NCBI GenBank assembly: GCA_965217775.1
Contig: CBDCJH010000002.1
Coordinates: forward strand, 2,400,001-2,464,000
DNA length: 64,000 nucleotides
Reading direction: 5' to 3'
Source: Acidobacteriota bacterium
GTDB lineage: Bacteria > Acidobacteriota > UBA6911 > RPQK01 > JAJDTT01
The notes beneath the pieces were generated by a model, which was not told where the DNA came from, made no database searches, and was given only the letters and a program-made list of their open reading frames with translations. This document shows, in pieces, positions 1 to 9,768 of this stretch (position 1 is its first letter; every line of letters begins with the position of its first letter). The position numbers and the translations under genes were made by a program.

Positions 1-1146
1 CGAATAGTAGGACGCCATGAACTGAATCAGAGTTTCCACCGTGGAGGATGCTCCGGCGCCTCGACGGAGCAAGTAGTAGATGTTGTACAGACGCTCGGTC
101 AAATAGTACTGCCTGCGCCAGGCGGTGCCTCCTGTGACGGTCACTGAACCGCGCTGGACGAGACGCCGGAGCAGAGCGCTGCAGCGGTTCGTGTCGAGGC
201 GGGCCAAGTCGGCGATTTCCTTGGTGGCCGCCGGCTTCCACAGTCTGGCAAGTGCCAGGTAGACACGCCGTTCCTGGGCCGGCAATGAGTCGAGATGACT
301 CTTGAAGTACGCCGTGTGATCATCGACAAGATCGAGCAAATTTCCCATTAGTTCACGTAATGAATGGCCCGCTCCAAACCGAGCGACGATGGTGAGCAAG
401 CGGGGGCTGCCGCCAGTGAGAATCTGGAGCGCCCTGATCGACCGCGACGCAGCAGATTCTCCGGATACGGTCTGCCAAAGGGTTGTGCACTCACTCGTGT
501 CGAGCGAATGCAGTGTGAGAATTCGAAAGAAGGTATAGAGAGCATTCTCGGGATGGTCGATCTCCTCAAACCGGCTGGTGGCGCTACCAAGAAAGAAAAT
601 CCGAGGCTCGGTCTGGAACGTCTTTCTCAACTGCCATCCCGCGTCCGGGTCGAGCATGTCCGCGAACAACATGTTCAGATTCTCGACCACCAGCACCAGA
701 CGTCGTCGGTGACGGTCGGCGAAATCCAGGAGCACGCCGAGACACCGCTCCGCCAGGATGCGGTCGTCCGGACTGGATCTCAGGTCTTCGCAGGTGCGGT
801 GCAGATTGACGCCATCCGCAGGTGGTGCTTGGTCCGCGAGACGGCCAAGACATTCCAACCAGAATTCACCGCAAGTCGTAACCTCGTAGCTCTCTTCGGC
901 GAATACGATGGGAAAGTACCGCTCCAAGTCCGAATTGCGCCGTATCTCAACTGCGACCCGCAGCAACAGATGAGTCTTGCCGCTGCCTCGCGGTCCGATG
1001 ACGATCAAATGTGGATTCGAGTTTCCGGTGCTCTCGCGCAGCGTCTCAATGATCGATTCAAATTCGTTGGTCCGCACACAAAACGATGTCACCAGTTCGT
1101 CGTCGGTCAAAAACCCCGGGTTGTATTTTTTAGTAGGTGTTCTCAT
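1..1146 (-). CDS. AAA/STAND-like P-loop ATPase with winged-helix region (runs off the left edge)
   Basis: Not in the ORF track because it has no stop in the window. Manual translation from ATG 1146: MRTPTKKYNPGFLTDDELV...IVIGPRGSGKTHLL (Walker A)...LVLVVENLNMLF (Walker B)...LTGGSPRLL...ATKEIADLARLDTNRCSALLRRL (HTH-like); open to base 1. Confidence 0.85.
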   Translation of the reverse strand, partial: MRTPTKKYNPGFLTDDELVTSFCVRTNEFESIIETLRESTGNSNPHLIVIGPRGSGKTHLLLRVAVEIRRNSDLERYFPIVFAEESYEVTTCGEFWLECLGRLADQAPPADGVNLHRTCEDLRSSPDDRILAERCLGVLLDFADRHRRRLVLVVENLNMLFADMLDPDAGWQLRKTFQTEPRIFFLGSATSRFEEIDHPENALYTFFRILTLHSLDTSECTTLWQTVSGESAASRSIRALQILTGGSPRLLTIVARFGAGHSLRELMGNLLDLVDDHTAYFKSHLDSLPAQERRVYLALARLWKPAATKEIADLARLDTNRCSALLRRLVQRGSVTVTGGTAWRRQYYLTERLYNIYYLLRRGAGASSTVETLIQFMASYYS

Positions 1147-1319
1147 CACTTCGTTTTTGGTTTCGATCGCCGCTTTTCGATCGGAATGAAGTATGCGCCG
1201 TGGCGAGCCCTCCACCAATCTTCAAGCAGACCCGAACCGATAACCGCCGGAGGTAGACCCAGTTGCCACCTGCTTTCTTGAGTCCTTTCATGATCGGTGC
1301 CTTACGCCACCCATTCTAC

Positions 1320-1353
1320 CAACAAAATCGTTGGCAACAAAATCGTTGGCAAC
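1320..1353. repeat. 15-bp tandem duplication CAACAAAATCGTTGG x2
   Basis: Exact copies at 1320-1334 and 1335-1349 plus CAAC, upstream of the ATPase start. Confidence 0.8.
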
Positions 1354-1537
1354 TGTCGGTTTGAGGACGGCGTCGTTTCGCCAGTGCAACAGACTGCATG
1401 TTCACAGTTTCTGTCCGGCGATAAGGCCATCAGCAATCACTTGGCTTCGGGTGGATCGTTCCCACGGCGATTCAGGAACCGTCCATCAAGTGCGGACTGT
1501 TTCGGGAAGGAATTCAACGATCCGGAACCCGCCTCGA

Positions 1538-2431
1538 TCACTCCACGAAGACCGTGGCGTTCGTGGCCATGAAGCCTCGATCCTTGAACTTTTCATTGAG
1601 CCACACGACCAGGGTGTAGACCCCCTTTCGGGAGGGGATGGAGATGGTCTGGGAGAAGGACCGGCCGCGGACCTCGACCGACCCCCGGGTGCCGTCGGCG
1701 TAGCGCATTATCGAGGGCAGCCGGGTCCTGTAGATCCGCTCGTCATCGGGCAATCCGTAGGAATACGTACCCATCAACTGCGCCAGGGACATTTCTTCCG
1801 GCAGGGGTTCGTAGAAGACGGAAATCGCCTGGAGTTCGTATCCGGGCTCGAGCACCTTGCCCTTCAGTTGAATGCCGGAGGTGGGTCCCTGCTTCGTGGG
1901 AATGGGCTCCAGACTCACGTACCGCCTGGCGAAGATCTGGATCATCCGCAGACCCGCCTTGCTGTAGGCCACGCCGATCCCCACGTGGGTATGGCGGGGG
2001 TCCAGGATGTTCCGGCGGTGCTGGTCATACGGCGGTTCCTCGCCAATGAGGCCTTCGTGGCGGGAGGTCATCTCGGCCTTCACGGAGTCGAAGCTCACCT
2101 CGAAACCGGTGCTGTTCAGGCTGGAGATGTTCTCCGACGTGTGATCCGTGACCCCGCCCTGCGAATACCTCATGTAGGGCTTCCAGCCGGCCCGGTTCCA
2201 GTGGCTGGCGTAACCCTCCCGAAGCATCTCCCGGCAATGCTCGTCGGCCAGCAGGGAGAGGGGTTCGGAGTACACCACCGGGGGCGCCGAGGCCTTTTCC
2301 CGGTCCTGGTTGATGAACTCCACCACCATCAACCGCAACTCCCGGATCGATTTCTCCGTCAGCTCCCGGGCGGACGCGGTCTGGTTCCCCAACAGAACCG
2401 ACAGCAGTGAAATGCCGCAGAATAGACGCAC
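1538..2431 (-). CDS. CAP (SCP/PR-1) domain protein, probably exported
   Basis: C-terminal part of ORF 1538..4039: INQDREK...LADEHCREM...SH...ENI...HRRNILDPRHTHVGIGVA. GTG 2431 chosen as start, ahead of a hydrophobic leader. Confidence 0.8.
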   Translation of the reverse strand: MRLFCGISLLSVLLGNQTASARELTEKSIRELRLMVVEFINQDREKASAPPVVYSEPLSLLADEHCREMLREGYASHWNRAGWKPYMRYSQGGVTDHTSENISSLNSTGFEVSFDSVKAEMTSRHEGLIGEEPPYDQHRRNILDPRHTHVGIGVAYSKAGLRMIQIFARRYVSLEPIPTKQGPTSGIQLKGKVLEPGYELQAISVFYEPLPEEMSLAQLMGTYSYGLPDDERIYRTRLPSIMRYADGTRGSVEVRGRSFSQTISIPSRKGVYTLVVWLNEKFKDRGFMATNATVFVE

Positions 2432-2509
2432 TGGTCCGATTATAGGTCGCCCCTTCAGGAACTGACCAACGTCATGTCGCAGGCACTTCGAGGTGCTATT
2501 CTCTGGAAC

Positions 2510-4186
2510 ATGACAAACTGGCCCCCGAGCGACCCCAAGCACACTTCGATCCTCAAGTCTCCCTCCCGCCGGCAGTTCCTGCGAGGAACGGGGTTGGCCC
2601 TGTCCGCATCTCTTGCCGGAGCGCTGACTGGTTGCGGAGGCAATCAGTCGGCGAAACTCGTAGAACAGCGGCGACAGGCTGCCTGGCGCCGGCGGCGCGT
2701 CATCCTGGACGATGACGGAGACCTCTGCTACAGCGAAGACGCCGAAAAGAGCGTGGAGGCCTTTCTGGCCCAGCGTTTCGTTCCCATCCTGGAAACCCCC
2801 GTGGACAGCATCGCCTGGTGCATCATGTGGGCCATCGCCATCGGCAAAGGCAAGACCCGCTACTGGGAGACCCAACAGCTCGGCAAACTCCTGAATCCGG
2901 TCATCTCCGACCCGACTCCCGTCATGGCGGAAGCCGCCCGCAGCCGGCAGATCGAACTCTTCGGGTCCCTGCGGATGAACGACACCCACGACTCCTACGG
3001 CATGCCGGCGGGCAAGCTGATCTATCCCCTCAAGGTGGAGCACCCGGAATGGCTGCTGGGGGACGAGAGCATGAAGGGGCCGGTTTTCAGCAGCCAGGCG
3101 GCCGCCATCTGGTCGGGACTGGATTACGCCGTGCCCCAGGTCCGGGAGGACCGGCTCTGGTGGATCCGGAACACGGTGGAAAAATACGACGTCGCCGGTG
3201 TCGACCTGAACTTCTTCCGCATGCCCTGGTACTTCAAGACGGGCAAGGAGGAGGAGGGAATGCCGCTCATGACCGAGCTGATCCGCTCGGCCCGCAAGGT
3301 CCTGGATCGGGAATCGGAGCGCAGGGGCCGGCCGCTGCTGCTGGGAATCCGCAGCCCGGGCACCGTGGCCGCCTGCCACCGCATCGGCATCGACATCGAG
3401 ACCTGGCTGAAGGAGGGGCTGGTGGACCGCCTCCTCATCGGCGGAGGCTACGTCCCCTTCACCAACCCGGCCGAAGAGCTGGTCCGGCTGGGCCACCGGC
3501 ACCAGGTCCCCGTCTATCCCTGCATCAACTGCGGCACCCAGATGTTCGGCTCCGATGCCGCCTTCCGGGGAGCGGCCTCCAACATCCTCTGGGCCGGGGC
3601 CGACGGCATCTATCTCTGGAACTTCCAATACCGGAGGGTGCCCAGGATCTCCTATGGACGGCCCACCGCCGAAGGGTACGAGGTCCTGAACCACATCGGC
3701 TCCAGCGGCGCGCTCCAATACCAGGACAAGACCTTCGCCATCGACTACGTGCAGACCGTGGACGTCATGGGCAACGTGGGCCCCTACTCCATCGCCAGCT
3801 ATCCGGGCCAGGTGCCGGTGGAGTTGGCGGGGAGTCTCGGTCAGGACCGGACGGCGGTCGAGATGCGGGTCGGAGACGACCTGCCCGCGGCCGAGAAGGC
3901 AGGACGGCTGAAAGGCGTGGGAATCGAAGTGGAGGTCCACAACCTGATGCCGGCCGAGCGCTTGGAGCTGACCTTGAACGAGACTCCCGTGGAGCTTCAG
4001 TCGGAAGGCGTCCGGCCACCTCGCAAAGAGGGAGAACAAGGGGTGCCGTTCCGGTCGGGGACACTATCAGCCGCCCAGGTCCGCCAGGGAATGAACCGGT
4101 TCAAGGTCGGCGTGGCGAATCGGGGCTCGCGGGCCGGCGGCAAACTGATCCTGAAGCAGATTCTTCTCCATGTCAGCTACAGCTAA
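2510..4186 (+). CDS. Tat-exported glycoside hydrolase-like (GHL10/DUF187-type TIM barrel) lipoprotein
   Basis: SRRQFLRG Tat motif, LTGC lipobox, VILDDDGD, GSLRMNDTHD, LDYAVPQVR, GVDLNFFR, GADGIYLWNF. Confidence 0.7.
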   Translation: MTNWPPSDPKHTSILKSPSRRQFLRGTGLALSASLAGALTGCGGNQSAKLVEQRRQAAWRRRRVILDDDGDLCYSEDAEKSVEAFLAQRFVPILETPVDSIAWCIMWAIAIGKGKTRYWETQQLGKLLNPVISDPTPVMAEAARSRQIELFGSLRMNDTHDSYGMPAGKLIYPLKVEHPEWLLGDESMKGPVFSSQAAAIWSGLDYAVPQVREDRLWWIRNTVEKYDVAGVDLNFFRMPWYFKTGKEEEGMPLMTELIRSARKVLDRESERRGRPLLLGIRSPGTVAACHRIGIDIETWLKEGLVDRLLIGGGYVPFTNPAEELVRLGHRHQVPVYPCINCGTQMFGSDAAFRGAASNILWAGADGIYLWNFQYRRVPRISYGRPTAEGYEVLNHIGSSGALQYQDKTFAIDYVQTVDVMGNVGPYSIASYPGQVPVELAGSLGQDRTAVEMRVGDDLPAAEKAGRLKGVGIEVEVHNLMPAERLELTLNETPVELQSEGVRPPRKEGEQGVPFRSGTLSAAQVRQGMNRFKVGVANRGSRAGGKLILKQILLHVSYS

Positions 4187-5972
4187 TTCTCCACTTTCGT
4201 CCATAGTCGGCCGTCAACCCCGCGGGACGGGAGCTGGACCCGGGCTCTTGCTCCTGTTGGGCTGTCTGTTGTTCGGCTGTTCGTCGCCCCCGGATCAGAA
4301 AGCCGGCCGGCCCAACATCATCCTCGTCATCACCGACGACCAGGGATGGGCCCAGTTGGGAAGCCATGGCGACGAGGTCCTCCGGACTCCGAACCTGGAC
4401 CGTCTGGCCGCCCAGAGCGTGGAACTGACTCGTTTCTATGTCGCTCCGGTCTGCGCCCCCACCCGGGCCAGCCTCATGACGGGCCGCTACAACTACCGGA
4501 CCGGGGTGGTGGACACGTACGTGGGACGGGCCATGATGCACTCGGACGAGGTCACTCTGGCCGAGACTCTCTCGGACACGGGTTACCGGACCGGCATCTT
4601 CGGGAAGTGGCACCTGGGGGACAACTACCCCCTCCGAGCCATGGACCAGGGCTTTCAGGAGTCGGTGGTCCACAAGGGCGGAGGCATCGGACAGCCCTCC
4701 GATCCTCCCGAAACCTCCTATTTCGATCCCATCCTCCAGCACAACGGCCAAGCCAAACCCTACTCAGGCTACTGCACCGACATCTTCTTCCGGGAGGCGC
4801 TGGACTTCATCGAACGAAATCGGGAGAATCCCTTCTTCGTCTACATCCCCACCAACGCGCCGCACTCCCCCTACGACGTTCCCGAGTCCTATCGCCAGTC
4901 CTACCTGGAGGCCGGACTGGAGGACAAGGACGCCCGGATCTACGGGATGATCACCAACATCGACGACAACGTGGGCCGGCTGCTCCAGGGGCTGGAGCGC
5001 ATGGAACTGGAGGAAAACACAATCCTCATCTTCATGACCGACAACGGGGCCACCACCCGACGCTACACCGCCGGTCTTCGGGGCCTCAAGGGCACGGTCT
5101 ACGAGGGAGGCATCCGGGTGCCCTTCCTGCTTCGCTGGCCGGCGCGCTTCCAGCCGGGCTCCGACGATCGCATCGCCGCACACATCGACCTCATGCCGAC
5201 GCTGCTGGAGGCGGCCGAAGTCGCGGCCCCCGCAACGGTCTCCTTCGACGGAGTCAGCCTCATGCCCCGGTTGGAGGGCGCCGGCGAGGCTCCCGAGGGA
5301 CGAACCCTCTTCATCCAGTCCCACCGCGGCAACGAGCCCCAACCCTTCCGCCACTTCGCCGCCATCGAGCAACGGTACAAGCTGGTCCAGCCGGTGGCTT
5401 TCCCCACGCGGGGTCTGCCCCCCGGCGAGACATTCGAGGACTATCCCCTCGAGCTGTACGACCTGGAGGCTGACCCCGGAGAGACGCACAACTTCTCAAC
5501 GGACCATCCCGGGGTCGTGGAGCGGCTGCGCTCGGCCTATGGGGACTGGCTTCAGGATGTCTCCTCCACCCGAGGCTATGCTCCGCCCCGGATCGCCGTG
5601 GGAACGCCCCACGAGGATCCCGTCATTCTCACCCGCCAGGACTGGCGGATGGTGGGTCCCGACGGATGGGGCGACTCGGACCTGGGATTCTGGGAAATCC
5701 AGGCCCATAGCGTGGGAACCTATCAGGTCCGATTCCTCTTCGGTCCAGCCTCCGAAGGCGGGACAGCCGAGTTGAAGGTTCAGCAGGTCCAAAGGAAACG
5801 ATCCTTCGACCCCGGCACGACCGAGGTCACGTTTGAGGAAGTCCCGCTGGAGGAAGGCGAGGCCCGGATCGAGGCCGTGCTTCAGATGGGCGGGAACCAA
5901 GTGGGCGTCCGTTACGTGGAAATTTCTGCTGCCAAGGACGGGGGCGGGAAAGCCTTACGGGAGATCCGGTAG
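4170..5972 (+). CDS. Arylsulfatase
   Basis: PNIILVITDDQG, CAPTRASLMTGR formylglycine motif, GKWHLG, TDNG, YEGGIRVP. Confidence 0.95.
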   Translation: MSATANSPLSSIVGRQPRGTGAGPGLLLLLGCLLFGCSSPPDQKAGRPNIILVITDDQGWAQLGSHGDEVLRTPNLDRLAAQSVELTRFYVAPVCAPTRASLMTGRYNYRTGVVDTYVGRAMMHSDEVTLAETLSDTGYRTGIFGKWHLGDNYPLRAMDQGFQESVVHKGGGIGQPSDPPETSYFDPILQHNGQAKPYSGYCTDIFFREALDFIERNRENPFFVYIPTNAPHSPYDVPESYRQSYLEAGLEDKDARIYGMITNIDDNVGRLLQGLERMELEENTILIFMTDNGATTRRYTAGLRGLKGTVYEGGIRVPFLLRWPARFQPGSDDRIAAHIDLMPTLLEAAEVAAPATVSFDGVSLMPRLEGAGEAPEGRTLFIQSHRGNEPQPFRHFAAIEQRYKLVQPVAFPTRGLPPGETFEDYPLELYDLEADPGETHNFSTDHPGVVERLRSAYGDWLQDVSSTRGYAPPRIAVGTPHEDPVILTRQDWRMVGPDGWGDSDLGFWEIQAHSVGTYQVRFLFGPASEGGTAELKVQQVQRKRSFDPGTTEVTFEEVPLEEGEARIEAVLQMGGNQVGVRYVEISAAKDGGGKALREIR

Positions 5973-6024
5973 TTCATTCACCTTTCGTTGAAACATGTGA
6001 GACCGCCAAGCGTATAATCATTCT

Positions 6025-7755
6025 GTGAGAAAAAAGCGCAAACTCCGCACCCTCGTCACCATCATCCTGGTCCTGGCCGTTGCGGCGGCCGGCTACCACT
6101 ACCTGGGCCCCTCCGACATGCAGCCGGGCGAAGACTACCTCACGGTCCCGGTGAGCCGCGGAGAAGTGAGCCGAACCGTCAGTTCCACCGGCCTCTTACA
6201 GGCCGTGGTGACGGTTCAGGTGGGAAGTCAGGTCTCGGGACGGATCAAGGAACTCCACGCCGACTTCAACAGCGTGGTCAAGAAGGACCAGACCCTGGCC
6301 ATCATCGACCCGGCCAATTTCGAGGCCCAGTTGGAACGGGCCAAGGCTTCGTTGGCCACCGCCAAGGCCACCGTAAAGAGCGCCGCCGCCAACCTCATCA
6401 ACCGGAAGGCCGAGCTGGAGAGCGCCCGGGCCAACGTGGAGGTGGGGGAGGTCAACCTGAAGGAAGCCGAGCGCGAGTTGAAGCGAAGCCACGAGCTCTA
6501 CGAGGCCGAGGTGATCTCGGATCGCGATCTGGAGAACGCGCAAGCCCTCTTCGACCAGGCCAAGGCCCGTCTGAGCCAGAATCATGCTCAAGTCAGCCAG
6601 GTGGAAGCCTCCATCCGCTCGGCCCACGCCCAGAACGATCAAGCCGCCGCCAACGTGCAGGAGGCGACCGCCAGCCTCAAGATGGCCGACGTCAATCTGC
6701 GTTACACCACCATCACGTCACCCATCGACGGTGTCGTGATCGAGCGCAACGTGGACATCGGCCAGACCGTGGCCGCCAGCTTCCAGGCGCCCGTCCTGTT
6801 CCTGATCGCCAACGACCTGACCAAGATGCAGGTCATCGCCCAGATCGACGAAGCGGACATCGGCGCCATCTCCGAGATGGCCGAGGTCGACTTCGCGGTG
6901 GACGCCTTCCCGGGACAGAGCTTCGAGGGGAAGATCTCCGAGATCCGTCTCAGCTCCAAGCTTCCCAACTCGGACACCCAAGGAGGAAGTCAGAGCGGCG
7001 GCGGGGCCACCAACGTGGTGGTTTACAACGTGATCATCGACGTGGAGAACATGCAGCTGAAGCTCCGGCCCGCCATGACGGCCAATGTCAACTTCGTGGT
7101 CGCCCGTGAATCGGACGTGCTGACGGTCGCCAACTCGGCCCTCCGCTTTCGTCCCGAGGGGATGAGTCCGGAAGAGATCCGCGCGCTGATGCGGGGCGGC
7201 GGGGGACGGCGCCCGCCGGGCACCGGCTCCAGCACCGCCATGGCCGGTCCCGGGCCGGATCGGGCCGGCGTTTCAGAAGCTTCGGTGGGCGGCGCCCGGC
7301 AGGAGCGGAGACGATGGGGTGGAGGTCCCGGAGGGCGCCGAAGAGGCCCGCGTGGCGGTCGTGAGGAGATGTCCCACGCCGAGGTCGGCATCTCCACCAT
7401 CGAGCAGTATGGAATCCGGCCGGGACCCAAGATCCGGTTTCCCCGAGCCGAGCGGACGCGGCCCCGGCCCGGTCTGCTCTGGGTGTTGGACGAGAATGCC
7501 GAGCCCCAACCGCGCCGCGTTCTGCTGAGCATCACCGATGGGCGGGAAACGGCCATCCTGCGCGGGGATCTGGAAGAGGGTGAGAAGATCATCACCTGGA
7601 AACTGGACGAATCGGGACAGGTCCAGCGCGGCAGCACCTCGCCGTTCAGCGGCGCCTTCGGACCGCGCCGGAGCCGGAGCACGAGTAGCCGTGGCGGCGC
7701 CCGAGGGGGTGGGACCGGCACCCGAGGGGGCGGCACCGGCAGTCGAGGCCGTTGA
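6025..7755 (+). CDS. MacA-like periplasmic adaptor subunit
   Basis: N-terminal TM, VQVGSQVSGRI lipoyl half, coiled coil, ITSPIDGVV; upstream of ABC ATPase and permease. Confidence 0.9.
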   Translation: MRKKRKLRTLVTIILVLAVAAAGYHYLGPSDMQPGEDYLTVPVSRGEVSRTVSSTGLLQAVVTVQVGSQVSGRIKELHADFNSVVKKDQTLAIIDPANFEAQLERAKASLATAKATVKSAAANLINRKAELESARANVEVGEVNLKEAERELKRSHELYEAEVISDRDLENAQALFDQAKARLSQNHAQVSQVEASIRSAHAQNDQAAANVQEATASLKMADVNLRYTTITSPIDGVVIERNVDIGQTVAASFQAPVLFLIANDLTKMQVIAQIDEADIGAISEMAEVDFAVDAFPGQSFEGKISEIRLSSKLPNSDTQGGSQSGGGATNVVVYNVIIDVENMQLKLRPAMTANVNFVVARESDVLTVANSALRFRPEGMSPEEIRALMRGGGGRRPPGTGSSTAMAGPGPDRAGVSEASVGGARQERRRWGGGPGGRRRGPRGGREEMSHAEVGISTIEQYGIRPGPKIRFPRAERTRPRPGLLWVLDENAEPQPRRVLLSITDGRETAILRGDLEEGEKIITWKLDESGQVQRGSTSPFSGAFGPRRSRSTSSRGGARGGGTGTRGGGTGSRGR

Positions 7756-8495
7756 TGGTTCAGGTGGCTGAAGCGCAGCAGAATCCCCCCCACACGCCTC
7801 AGGCGAACGGGGACAGTCTCCTTTCTCTGGAAAATGTCTGGAAGATCTACGATCTGGGAGAAGTCCAGGTCGAGGCTCTGAGAGGAGTCTCCCTGGAGGT
7901 GGTCCCAGGCGAGTTCGTGGCCGTCATGGGGGCCTCGGGATCGGGCAAGTCGACTCTTCTGAACCTGCTGGGGTGCCTGGACCGGCCGACCCGGGGACGG
8001 TATCGGCTGGACGGGATCGACGTCTCCACCTTCTCGGCGTCCCAGCGGGCGGACATCCGGAACCAGAAGATCGGATTCATCTTTCAGAGCTTCAACCTGC
8101 TGCCCCGCACCTCCATCTGGGAGAACGTGGAAGCCCCCATGCTCTACGCCGGCGTCGCGCGCCAGGAGCGGGCTCGCAGAATCGAGGAGGCGCTGGAAGT
8201 TGTCGGGATCCCGGAGAAGGCCCAGGTCATGCCCAATCAGCTCTCGGGCGGACAGCAGCAGCGGGTCGCCATGGCCCGGGCCCTGGTCAACCGGCCGGCC
8301 ATCCTTCTGGCCGACGAGCCGACGGGCAACCTGGACTCGGCCACGTCGGAAGAGATCCTGGGTTTCCTCGATGATCTGAACCAGGAGCAGGGCATCACCC
8401 TGATCATGGTGACCCACGAGGCTTCGATCGCGGCTCATGCCAAGCGCACGATCCAGGTGCGGGACGGGCTCATCATCAGCGACACGATCCACTAG
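7752..8495 (+). CDS. ABC transporter ATP-binding protein (MacB/LolD type)
   Basis: GASGSGKST, LSGGQQQRV, ILLADEPTGNLD. Confidence 0.95.
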   Translation: MMVQVAEAQQNPPHTPQANGDSLLSLENVWKIYDLGEVQVEALRGVSLEVVPGEFVAVMGASGSGKSTLLNLLGCLDRPTRGRYRLDGIDVSTFSASQRADIRNQKIGFIFQSFNLLPRTSIWENVEAPMLYAGVARQERARRIEEALEVVGIPEKAQVMPNQLSGGQQQRVAMARALVNRPAILLADEPTGNLDSATSEEILGFLDDLNQEQGITLIMVTHEASIAAHAKRTIQVRDGLIISDTIH

Positions 8496-8510
8496 TCCAG
8501 GAGAATCGTC

Positions 8511-9731
8511 ATGGGTATCTGGATGATCTTGAAAATCTCCCTCAAGTCACTGGGACGGAACATGATCCGCTCCATCCTCACCATGCTGGGGATCATCATC
8601 GGCGTCGCCGCCGTCATCACCATGGTCAGCCTGGGTCAGGGGGCGCAGCGGCAGGTCCAGGAGGAGATCGCCGCCATGGGAACCAACACCCTCTGGATCC
8701 GGGCCGGGAGCCGCCGTTCCTGGGGGATCCGGAGCGGATCGGGGACCATGAACACCCTCAACGCCGCCGATTTCGATGCCATCGCCCAAGAGGTCCCCAC
8801 GGTCCAGGCTGTGAGTCCCAGCGCCTCCACCATGGCTCAGGTCGTGTTCGGCAACCAGAACTGGAACACCCGGATCGAAGGCTACAACGAGCAGTATCCG
8901 CTACTGCGCAACTGGCCCCTGACCCAGGGGAGCTTCTTCGAAGAGAGTCACGTCAAGACGGCCTCCCGGGTCGCCGTCCTGGGACAGACCGTGGTGGACG
9001 AACTCTTCGGCGGAGGCGATCCGGTGGGCCAGACCATCCGGGTCAAGAACCTCCCCTTCCAGGTGATGGGCGTGCTCAAGAAGAAGGGGGCAAACAACTG
9101 GGGCCGGGACCAGGACGACACCATCATCGTGCCTTACACCACGGTCCAGAAGAAGTTCCAGGGCGGAGTCCTCTATGTCCAGTCCGGGCTCATTTCCGCG
9201 GTGAGCGCCCGCGCCAGCTTTGCGGCCCAGGAGCAGATCACCGCGCTCCTGCGGCAGCGCCACGACCTCGGTTCAGCCCAGGCCAACGACTTCCGGGTTC
9301 GGAACCTGAGTGAGTTCGCCGAACGGGCCGAGGCCACCAACCGGATTATGACCAACTTGCTGGCCAGCATCGCCGCCGTCTCTCTGCTGGTGGGGGGCAT
9401 CGGGATCATGAACATCATGCTGGTCTCGGTGACCGAACGGACCCGGGAGATCGGGATCCGCATGGCCATCGGCGCCCGGCCCGGACACGTGAGAATCCAG
9501 TTCCTGGCCGAAGCCATCGTGCTCTGCCTGGTGGGAGGTTTCATCGGGCTCGGAATGGGACTCGGCGGATCGGTGCTGGTATCGCAGGCCATGGGATGGC
9601 CGACGCAGATCTCCCCCAACTCCATCGTGGTCTCCATCATCTTCTCGGCTGCCATCGGGGTCTTTTTCGGATATTATCCGGCCCACAAGGCGGCCCGTCT
9701 GGACCCCATCGAAGCGCTCCACTACGAGTAG
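8511..9731 (+). CDS. MacB/FtsX-type ABC permease
   Basis: RSILTMLGIIIG; GGIGIMNIMLVSVTERTREIGIRMAIGA; PAHKAARLDPIEAL. Confidence 0.95.
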   Translation: MGIWMILKISLKSLGRNMIRSILTMLGIIIGVAAVITMVSLGQGAQRQVQEEIAAMGTNTLWIRAGSRRSWGIRSGSGTMNTLNAADFDAIAQEVPTVQAVSPSASTMAQVVFGNQNWNTRIEGYNEQYPLLRNWPLTQGSFFEESHVKTASRVAVLGQTVVDELFGGGDPVGQTIRVKNLPFQVMGVLKKKGANNWGRDQDDTIIVPYTTVQKKFQGGVLYVQSGLISAVSARASFAAQEQITALLRQRHDLGSAQANDFRVRNLSEFAERAEATNRIMTNLLASIAAVSLLVGGIGIMNIMLVSVTERTREIGIRMAIGARPGHVRIQFLAEAIVLCLVGGFIGLGMGLGGSVLVSQAMGWPTQISPNSIVVSIIFSAAIGVFFGYYPAHKAARLDPIEALHYE

Positions 9732-9768
9732 GCTTCTCGCGGGTCCGGACGAGTGATCGGGGGCACGG

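Noticed and set aside
364-1281. 305-aa + strand ORF
   Set aside because: Antisense shadow of the ATPase on the - strand.
2432-4039. N-terminal ~530 aa of the 833-aa ORF as a CAP fusion
   Set aside because: Antisense to the glycoside hydrolase gene; an open shadow frame in high-GC DNA.
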